Shown here: piece by piece, positions 1 to 5,168 of the stretch
How positions within the stretch are numbered: position 1 is the first letter of the stretch
Layout of the letters: the number at the start of each line of letters is the position of its first letter
Source of the DNA: Candidatus Iainarchaeum sp.
GTDB lineage: Archaea > Iainarchaeota > Iainarchaeia > Iainarchaeales > 0-14-0-20-30-16
Direction: 5' to 3'
DNA length: 6,119 bases
Assembly: GCA_903916665.1 (NCBI GenBank)
Contig: CAIWXP010000129.1
Span: forward strand, 1 to 6,119
Notes under the pieces: generated by a model
Told to the model about the DNA's origin: nothing
The model's input: only the letters and a program-made list of their open reading frames with translations
Database searches by the model: none
Translations under genes and position numbers: made by a program

Positions 1-115
1 ATCTTTTTTGTGCATCAATTGCTCTTTGTTTTTCAATAATATTTTTTCTATGACTAAAATCTTCTGCCATTCCTAGTCTATCAAATATTTGTATGTGTTT
101 TGGTTCTTGAGGCAT
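1..115 (-). CDS. Hypothetical protein, N-terminal fragment that continues past the window edge
   Basis: A minus-strand ATG at 115-113 opens a stop-free frame down to base 1 (MPQEPKHIQIFDRLGMAEDFSHRKNIIEKQRAIDAQKR...). It starts 15 nt after the TAA of the 131-772 ORF on the same strand, which suggests an operon. It is absent from the ORF track because it has no stop in the window. I see no recognisable motif and no clear SD. Confidence 0.35.
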   Translation of the reverse strand, partial: MPQEPKHIQIFDRLGMAEDFSHRKNIIEKQRAIDAQKR

Positions 116-130
116 AATATCACATATATA

Positions 131-772
131 TTATTGTAACAAAGCTTTTACTCTTTCTTTGTCTAAATTTAATTCTGCAGTATTAAATAATCTATCATTA
201 CTGGTTTGAGGTTTAAAAAATCTTTCAACTAATGGACTATATATTCTTTGAAATAGTTTGGCATCTACTGCTGATCTTAATATTAATTTTTTACCAGCTT
301 TAATTTTAGCTCTAAATCTATTTATGAATTCACATAGTAAAAATTCACTAGGATGCATACCTAATTCATCTTGAAATTCTTTACTTGCAGAAGTTTCTTC
401 TTCTAATGTTTTTCTAGTTCTTAATCTTTGAACATCTAAAATTACAATTTCATCTTTATATTCTAAATAGGGTAAAACAAATCTAGCTCTGCCGGTTTTA
501 TCCTGTAAAACTAAATGAGGTCTTTCAAATTCAAAATCGTATTTTAAATCTTCTTTATGTGGATCAATATAATTCCATCTACTAGTTTCAACAAATTTAT
601 AATTTCTTAAATTAACTGCATCTTTGTAATAGGTTGCAGAAAAGGGTCTTCTTATCCTAGAAATTATTTTTCTCGCCAATGCATTATCATTTGGTTTTAA
701 TCTTCTTTTTAATAGTTCATCTTTGTTAAGAATTCTAACATTTTTAAACATTTTAGTTGCCAAAATAATCAC
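131..772 (-). CDS. Hypothetical basic protein (206-213 aa) of unrecognised family
   Basis: This is a long uninterrupted minus-strand ORF in a region where AT-rich DNA should be full of stops. The codon at 772 is GTG. The first ATG is at 751 (MFKNVRIL...), so the true start is ambiguous. The beta-rich core (PHLVLQDKTGRARFVLPYLEYKDEIVILDV) followed by helices and KKLILRSAVD...IYSPLVERFF is only loosely reminiscent of an acyl-CoA N-acyltransferase (GNAT) layout. No diagnostic motif is present. Confidence 0.6.
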   Translation of the reverse strand: MIILATKMFKNVRILNKDELLKRRLKPNDNALARKIISRIRRPFSATYYKDAVNLRNYKFVETSRWNYIDPHKEDLKYDFEFERPHLVLQDKTGRARFVLPYLEYKDEIVILDVQRLRTRKTLEEETSASKEFQDELGMHPSEFLLCEFINRFRAKIKAGKKLILRSAVDAKLFQRIYSPLVERFFKPQTSNDRLFNTAELNLDKERVKALLQ

Positions 773-832
773 ATCTTTTTCTTTAAATATTATGACTAAG
801 CGTTCTGTTTATAAATGTTAATTATATCTCTA

Positions 833-848
833 ATACTACAGGTTGTGT
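833..848. promoter_or_regulatory. Candidate NrdR box 1 (distal)
   Basis: ATACTACAGGTTGTGT matches the published 16-bp NrdR-box palindrome acaCwAtATaTwGtgt at 12/16 positions. It shares the TTGTGTA arm with box 2, 33 bp downstream. Confidence 0.5.
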
Positions 849-865
849 AGGGGTTATGATTATAC

Positions 866-881
866 CCCCTATATATTGTGT
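866..881. promoter_or_regulatory. Candidate NrdR box 2 (proximal)
   Basis: CCCCTATATATTGTGT matches acaCwAtATaTwGtgt at 14/16 positions, and the right half-site is perfect. It ends 20 nt upstream of the nrdR ATG. Centre-to-centre spacing to box 1 is 33 bp, about 3 helical turns. Confidence 0.65.
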
Positions 882-900
882 AACTCAGGAAATGATTTCT

Positions 901-1344
901 ATGAAGTGTCCCTATTGTAATTCAGAAGAATTAAGTGTTATTGAAACGCGAGATGTTTCTGATGCCATAATAAGAAGACGTAGAGAATGTGAAAAATGTA
1001 GTCAAAGATTTACCACCTATGAAAAATTAGGGGAAGTAGATTTTTTTGTTATAAAAAAAGATGGTTCAAGACAAAAATATGATAAAGAAAAAATTAAAAG
1101 AGGAATAATATTAGCCTGTAAAAAAAGACCCGTAACAATAGAAGCAATTGAAGACCTAATTTCTAAAGTAGAACAAGAATTAAGAAGAGAAGGTAATGTT
1201 GAAATTAGTTCAGAACAATTGGGAAACATCGTTATGAAATATTTAAAAGAATTGGATGATGTTGCATACATTAGATTTGCAAGTATCTACAAAGCATTCA
1301 AAACCACAAATGATTTTAAAAAAGAGATTCTGAAGTTGGAGTGA
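901..1344 (+). CDS. nrdR: NrdR transcriptional repressor of ribonucleotide reductase genes (zinc ribbon + ATP-cone)
   Basis: MKCPYCNS...ECEKCSQRFTTYE is the canonical N-terminal CxxC...CxxC zinc ribbon. VIKKDGSRQKYDKEKIKRGIILACKKRP...YIRFASIYKAF is the ATP-cone with the conserved C-terminal YxRFASVY-like motif. I take the start at ATG 901, with AGGAAA about 10 nt upstream. The ORF-track start at 856 would run through the operator. Confidence 0.95.
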   Translation: MKCPYCNSEELSVIETRDVSDAIIRRRRECEKCSQRFTTYEKLGEVDFFVIKKDGSRQKYDKEKIKRGIILACKKRPVTIEAIEDLISKVEQELRREGNVEISSEQLGNIVMKYLKELDDVAYIRFASIYKAFKTTNDFKKEILKLE

Positions 1345-1348
1345 TACA

Positions 1349-3526
1349 ATGATAGAGCAAGTAAAGAAAAGAACTGATGAAATAGTGCCATTTAACCAAG
1401 ATAAAATAAAAATTGTAATAAATAAAGCATTTGATTCCATTAACCAAGAAGTTCAGGATCTAGATGCATTGGTTTCCTTAGTTGTAAAAGAAGTGGAAAA
1501 AAAATATGGTAATGGTGTTCCAACTGTTGAAGATATTTCAGATGTGGTGGAATTAATTTTAATGCAAAAACATCCTGCTGTTGCAAAATCATATATATTA
1601 TATAGAGAATATAAAAGACAATTAAGAGATATACGAAAAGTATATATTGGTTCAAGTGAAAAATCAAATTTATCATTGAATGCAATTAAAGTTTTAGAAG
1701 CTAGATATTTATTAAAAGATAATAATGGAGATATTATTGAAACTCCAAATCAATTATTTGATAGAGTTTCAGAACATATTGCAAAAGCAGATAAAAAAAG
1801 ATTATCTCCAAAAAAATTAAAAGAATTACAAGACAAATATTATGATTTAATGTATTATTTAGACTTTTTACCTAATACTCCAACATTAATGAATTCAGGA
1901 ACAGAATTAGGACAATTAAGTGCCTGTTTTGTTTTACCTGTAGGAGATTCAATTTCAGAAATTTTTGATTCTATAAAATTTACTGCTTTAATTCATCAAT
2001 CAGGTGGAGGTACAGGATTTTCTTTTTCAAGATTAAGACCAAAGGGATCTTTTGTTAAATCAACAAAAGGAGTTGCATCTGGACCAATAAGTTTTATGCG
2101 AGTTTTTGATGCAGCAACCGATGTTATAAAACAAGGCGGAAAAAGAAGAGGAGCAAACATGGGGATATTAAGAGTAGATCACCCAGATGTTTTAGAATTT
2201 ATTTCTTGTAAACAAGTTGAAGGTCAAATTGCAAATTTTAATATTTCTGTTGGAATAACAGAAATATTTATGAAAGCAGTTGATAATAATACTGACTATG
2301 AATTAATAGATCCTCATAATGGAAATGTTACTGGAAAATTAAATGCAAGAAGTGTTTTTGATTTAATTGCAAACATGGCATGGCAAAATGGGGAACCAGG
2401 AATTGTTTTCTTGGATGAAATTAATAGACACAATCAGGTTTCAAACATGGGTGTAATAGAAGCAACTAATCCTTGTGGAGAACAACCATTATTATCCTAT
2501 GAATCATGTAATTTAGGTTCATTAAATTTAGCAAATATGGTTGATGAAGACGGAAATATTAATTGGAAAAAATTAGAAGAAACTGTTCGTTTAGGTGTAA
2601 GATTTTTAGATAGTGTAATTGATGTTAATAAATATCCTTTGCCACAGATTGAAAGCATGACCAAGTCTAGTAGAAAAATTGGTTTGGGAGTTATGGGTTG
2701 GGCAGATATGCTATTGCAATTAAAGATTCCATATAATTCTGATGAAGCAATTTATTTGGCCGAAAAAGTTATGAAATTTATCAATGATAGTGGTGTGGAC
2801 GAATCAGTAAAATTAGGTGAAGAAAAAGGAAATTTTCCTGCATTTAAAGGAAGTTATTGGGACGTTATTGGTTACAAAAGTATGAGAAATTCAACAGTAA
2901 CAACAATTGCTCCAACTGGAACAATTGGAATGATTGCTGATGCATCTGGTGGAATAGAACCACAGTTTTCTTTAGCCTATACAAGATTAACTTTAGATAA
3001 TCAAGAATTTATTTATACAAATAAATATTTAGATACTGAATTAAAGAAAAGAGGTTTATATTCTGAAGAATTAATGAGAAAAATTGCAAAAACAGGAATG
3101 GTTCAAGACATTGCAGAAATTCCAGATGATATGAAAAAGATTTTTGTTACTTCAAGAGAAATAGATACAGATTGGCATATCAAAATGCAAGCAGCATTTC
3201 AAAAACATACTCATAATGCAGTTTCAAAAACAATTAACATGCCAAACAATGCAACAATTGATGATGTAAAAAAAGCCTATAAATTGGCCTACGAATTAAA
3301 ATGTAAAGGTTTAACAATTTATAGAGATAACAGTAGATCAATACAAATATTAACTTCTGGAACAAAATCTAAAGATCCAGAACCAGAAGAACCAAAGAAA
3401 CCTTTATTGCAGAAATTAATTATTAAAGAAATACCAAAGGACGAATGTCCAATATGTCATGAAAAAATGCAAGCACAGGAAGGTTGTTATACTTGTACAA
3501 AATGCTCATATAGCAAATGCTCATAA
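1349..3526 (+). CDS. nrdJ: Class II (adenosylcobalamin-dependent) ribonucleotide reductase with N-terminal ATP-cone and C-terminal Cys4 zinc finger
   Basis: Residues 1-90 form an ATP-cone (VKKRTDEIVPFNQDKIKIVINKAF). The catalytic motifs are LSACFVLP, SGGGTGFSFSRLRPKG, TNPCGEQPL (thiyl-radical Cys loop), SCNLGSLNL and APTGTI. The C-terminal tail is CPICHEKMQAQEGCYTCTKCSYSKC. GGAG lies 8 nt upstream of the ATG, which sits 4 nt after the nrdR stop. Confidence 0.97.
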   Translation: MIEQVKKRTDEIVPFNQDKIKIVINKAFDSINQEVQDLDALVSLVVKEVEKKYGNGVPTVEDISDVVELILMQKHPAVAKSYILYREYKRQLRDIRKVYIGSSEKSNLSLNAIKVLEARYLLKDNNGDIIETPNQLFDRVSEHIAKADKKRLSPKKLKELQDKYYDLMYYLDFLPNTPTLMNSGTELGQLSACFVLPVGDSISEIFDSIKFTALIHQSGGGTGFSFSRLRPKGSFVKSTKGVASGPISFMRVFDAATDVIKQGGKRRGANMGILRVDHPDVLEFISCKQVEGQIANFNISVGITEIFMKAVDNNTDYELIDPHNGNVTGKLNARSVFDLIANMAWQNGEPGIVFLDEINRHNQVSNMGVIEATNPCGEQPLLSYESCNLGSLNLANMVDEDGNINWKKLEETVRLGVRFLDSVIDVNKYPLPQIESMTKSSRKIGLGVMGWADMLLQLKIPYNSDEAIYLAEKVMKFINDSGVDESVKLGEEKGNFPAFKGSYWDVIGYKSMRNSTVTTIAPTGTIGMIADASGGIEPQFSLAYTRLTLDNQEFIYTNKYLDTELKKRGLYSEELMRKIAKTGMVQDIAEIPDDMKKIFVTSREIDTDWHIKMQAAFQKHTHNAVSKTINMPNNATIDDVKKAYKLAYELKCKGLTIYRDNSRSIQILTSGTKSKDPEPEEPKKPLLQKLIIKEIPKDECPICHEKMQAQEGCYTCTKCSYSKCS

Positions 3527-3538
3527 AAGTGATCAAAT

Positions 3539-3565
3539 GTGTTAATTATTTATACTGGAGATGGT
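3539..3565 (+). repeat. Upstream direct-repeat copy of the first nine cobO codons (partner copy at 3619-3645)
   Basis: GTGTTAATTATTTATACTGGAGATGGT aligns with ATGTTAATAATATATACAGGAGATGGA at 22/27 identical positions. Both read (M/V)LIIYTGDG. The five differences are the start codon G/A plus four third-position T-versus-A changes, all synonymous. The copies lie 80 nt apart and so are in different frames. Confidence 0.8.
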
Positions 3566-3602
3566 GTTGAAATGGCTTGTGCAGACAAGAGCTTTCAACA
3601 AC
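3563..3602 (+). promoter_or_regulatory. Extended RNA/DNA hairpin between nrdJ and cobO
   Basis: GGTGTTGAAA (3563-3572) pairs with TTTCAACAAC (3593-3602) at 9/10 positions. An inner CTTGT/ACAAG stem flanks a GCAG loop. No T-run follows, so it is not a classic intrinsic terminator. Confidence 0.6.
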
Positions 3603-3618
3603 TTCGAGTGTGGATATT

Positions 3619-4122
3619 ATGTTAATAATATATACAGGAGATGGAAAAGGAAAAACAACAAGTTCTTTTGGTGTTGTCCTTAGGTCTCTAGTATTGGGTA
3701 AAAAAGTGTTGCTTGTTCAATTTATGAAACCAGATAAAGAAAAAAGTATTTTATTTTTAGAGAGTGCTTTTTCTAATTTTAAAAGTATAAATTATGGCAT
3801 AATTGGCTTTTTTAAAAAAGGACAAGCACCAAAAGAATTAATTAATATTTGTAAATACGGTTTTGAAACTTTAAAAACCAGTTATAAAGATCATGATTTA
3901 ATTGTTGTAGATGAATTGTTTACTGCTTTGTATTTTGAGCTATTGGACAAGCAAGAAGTTTTAGAATGTTTAAAACATTGCATTGAACATGTTGACATAG
4001 TTTTAACAGGAAGAAGATGTCCTCAAGAATTCATAGATATGGCAGACATAGTAACAGAGATGAAAGAGCTTAAACATCATTACAAAGAGGGTAAGCAAGC
4101 CAAAGAAGGAATTGACTTCTAA
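3619..4122 (+). CDS. cobO: ATP:cob(I)alamin / cob(I)yrinic acid a,c-diamide adenosyltransferase, CobA/CobO/BtuR family
   Basis: The N-terminus MLIIYTGDGKGKTTSSFGVVLRSL carries the family P-loop YTGxGKGKTT, followed by VQFMK, DELFTALYFELL, VLTGRRCPQEFIDMADIVTEMKELKHHY and the terminal EGIDF. I take the start at ATG 3619. The track start at 3577 is a TTG that only adds the non-homologous residues CRQELSTTSSVDI. Confidence 0.9.
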   Translation: MLIIYTGDGKGKTTSSFGVVLRSLVLGKKVLLVQFMKPDKEKSILFLESAFSNFKSINYGIIGFFKKGQAPKELINICKYGFETLKTSYKDHDLIVVDELFTALYFELLDKQEVLECLKHCIEHVDIVLTGRRCPQEFIDMADIVTEMKELKHHYKEGKQAKEGIDF

Positions 4123-4140
4123 GCTTTTTAGAAAAGCTTA
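4120..4140 (+). terminator. Perfect 9-bp hairpin that includes the cobO stop codon
   Basis: TAAGCTTTT-TAG-AAAAGCTTA forms a 9-bp stem with a 3-nt loop, and the TAA stop is its first three bases. No T-run follows, so its function as a terminator is uncertain. Confidence 0.35.
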
Positions 4141-4162
4141 AGTTCACCCAAATCGTCAACAC

Positions 4163-4191
4163 CTTTTCTTTAGCATAAAAGAAAAGTTTTT
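4163..4191 (+). terminator. Intrinsic-terminator-like hairpin followed by T5, downstream of cobO
   Basis: CTTTTCTTT (4163-4171) pairs with AAAGAAAAG (4178-4186) across a 6-nt loop, followed directly by TTTTT (4187-4191). The stem is AT-rich and therefore weak. Confidence 0.5.
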
Positions 4192-4200
4192 GACAATTGT

Positions 4201-4225
4201 AAAAGAAAATGCTATGAGTAATAGC
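4201..4225 (-). terminator. Small hairpin + T-rich tract at the end of the phosphotransferase gene
   Basis: On the minus strand, GCTAT-TACTC-ATAGC (4225-4211) is followed by ATTTTCTTTT. The hairpin abuts the TAG stop (4227-4225). The stem is only 5 bp. Confidence 0.3.
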
Positions 4226-5118
4226 TATTGAATATTTTCAAATAATCTTTTTCTTAATGATTTAGATTTGGGCCAATCTTTTAATAATCTTATATCATAT
4301 CTTATTGAATATAATCTTTGTCTTAGGTCTAAATCTTTAAAATCAAATATTTCAGGATAATATTTCTCAAACCAGTTTAAGATTTGAGAATAGTCTTTGG
4401 TTTTAATAAATTTTTCTTCTTTCTTTGATGCAAATAGTTTAGGATTGTAAATCATTTTTTTCAATGTTGTTAATTGATAGTCTAAAGGATAATAGTTTAC
4501 ATCATCAAAATCTATTATACCTTGAAACTTTTTATTCTTTATAATTATATTTCCCCAATGAATGTCATTGTGAATTAAATAAATTTTTTTGTTATTTAAC
4601 ACATTAAAGTGTTTATTGCAAAATTGTTTAATAGAAAAATATTCGGTCTTATTTAATAGTTTCTCCTTTTTCAAATAATCAAGTTTTTTAATTATTTTTT
4701 CACTAAGGTATTTTTTCCAATTTTTTGGTTTTACTAAATCATATTTCTTCGAAACTAGGTTTATTTTTGCAATCTTTCTTAATTCCTTACAAATATCTTT
4801 TACAATAGTTTCTCTTTCTTTTAAATTTAATTTATGCCATTCAGGATATAATCTATTACCTAGTATTTTCTTATAGACATAATAATTTACTTTATCTAGT
4901 TTTCCTGAACAAATTAGTTTTGGTATTTTAATGTTGTTTTTGTTAAATATTTCTAAAAGAAATAGTGATTTAAAGTATTTCTTATTTGATTTTTGTTCAA
5001 CCCTTAATATATATTCGTTATTTACATCATAAACAGAATTGTTAAACGAACTCTGTTTCTTAATAGTCCTGTATTCAATCTTTTCTTTTTTCAAAATTGC
5101 GTGAATTATCTTTTGCAT
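4225..5118 (-). CDS. Phosphotransferase of the aminoglycoside-phosphotransferase / choline-kinase fold (APH family); substrate unknown
   Basis: The Brenner catalytic motif LIHNDIHWGNIII (HxDxxxxN, nt 4572-4549) and the metal-binding GIIDFDD (nt 4512-4504) are at the expected spacing. The N-lobe YILRVE strand resembles the choline/ethanolamine-kinase vLlRi motif. Confidence 0.8.
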   Translation of the reverse strand: MQKIIHAILKKEKIEYRTIKKQSSFNNSVYDVNNEYILRVEQKSNKKYFKSLFLLEIFNKNNIKIPKLICSGKLDKVNYYVYKKILGNRLYPEWHKLNLKERETIVKDICKELRKIAKINLVSKKYDLVKPKNWKKYLSEKIIKKLDYLKKEKLLNKTEYFSIKQFCNKHFNVLNNKKIYLIHNDIHWGNIIIKNKKFQGIIDFDDVNYYPLDYQLTTLKKMIYNPKLFASKKEEKFIKTKDYSQILNWFEKYYPEIFDFKDLDLRQRLYSIRYDIRLLKDWPKSKSLRKRLFENIQ

Positions 5119-5137
5119 ATACTACATATTATAGCTC

Positions 5138-5154
5138 AATTTATATATATAATT
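5138..5154. promoter_or_regulatory. Near-palindromic TA tract in a 50-bp divergent intergenic region; candidate shared promoter element
   Basis: AATTTATATATATAATT is roughly central between the minus-strand ATG (5118) and the plus-strand ATG (5169). Neither gene has an SD. TTTATATA lies about 26 nt upstream of 5169. On the other strand, TATAAT ends 9 nt before the 5118 ATG. Confidence 0.4.
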
Positions 5155-5168
5155 GCACTAATTTTATT

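Larger units (their letters stand above)
3539..3625 (+). other. Possible 28-codon upstream ORF whose stop overlaps the cobO start
   Basis: The GTG at 3539 lies 13 nt after the nrdJ stop and reads VLIIYTGDGVEMACADKSFQQLRVWILC*. The TAA at 3623-3625 overlaps the cobO ATG at 3619 (ATGTTAA). There is also an internal ATG at 3572 with GGAG 11 nt upstream. I have no evidence that it is translated. Confidence 0.25.

Noticed and set aside
856-900. Longer nrdR start (MIIPPIYCVTQEMIS...) given by the ORF track
   Set aside because: NrdR proteins begin at the MxCPxC zinc ribbon. The extension would be translated through the candidate NrdR box and lacks an SD, whereas ATG 901 has AGGAAA upstream.
1017-1271. 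84-aa minus-strand ORF from the track
   Set aside because: It lies entirely antisense to the well-supported nrdR. The peptide is low-complexity and rich in Ser/Ile/Phe, as expected from reading AT-rich coding DNA backwards.
1342-1344. Possible UGA recoding (code 25/4) because nrdR ends in TGA in a CPR-like genome
   Set aside because: Stopping at this TGA gives a normal 147-aa NrdR, and nrdJ starts 4 nt later. No in-frame TGA interrupts any of the long conserved ORFs, so the standard code fits.
1243-1440. 65-aa minus-strand ORF from the track
   Set aside because: It is antisense across the nrdR/nrdJ junction. It shows no motif and the hydrophobic junk composition typical of shadow ORFs.
1440-1685. 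81-aa minus-strand ORF from the track
   Set aside because: It is antisense to the nrdJ ATP-cone region and is a shadow ORF.
3500-3525. 11-nt direct repeat AAATGCTCATA x2 at the nrdJ 3' end (KCSYSKCS*), which looks like a micro-duplication
   Set aside because: It coincides with the conserved C-terminal CxxC-x-S-K-C zinc-finger tail of class II RNRs. The repeated Lys-Cys-Ser codons explain it, so there is no need to invoke a duplication event.
3577-3618. Longer cobO start at TTG 3577 (MCRQELSTTSSVDI...)
   Set aside because: It is a TTG codon inside the hairpin, and the added residues have no counterpart in the CobA family. ATG 3619 gives the canonical MLIIYTGDGKGKTT N-terminus.
3527-3618. Cobalamin riboswitch between a B12-dependent enzyme gene and a B12-activating enzyme gene
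   Set aside because: The spacer is only 92 nt. It lacks the conserved B12-box and the multi-helix junction, and a single hairpin cannot form the aptamer.
3560-3645. T4 gene 60-style translational bypass (GAT GGT take-off to GAT GGA landing over a hairpin) or an archaeal bulge-helix-bulge mini-intron removing 80 nt
   Set aside because: Either event would yield exactly the protein obtained by simply initiating at ATG 3619. There is no stop codon at the take-off site and no recognisable 3-nt bulge / 4-bp helix / 3-nt bulge motif. I keep it only as a remote alternative under the uORF finding.
5119-5134. ATACTACATATTATAG resembles an NrdR box (shares ATACTACA with box 1)
   Set aside because: It matches only about 11/16 positions, and the critical right-arm G-t-g-t is missing. 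In DNA this AT-rich such a match is expected by chance, and there is no tandem partner.
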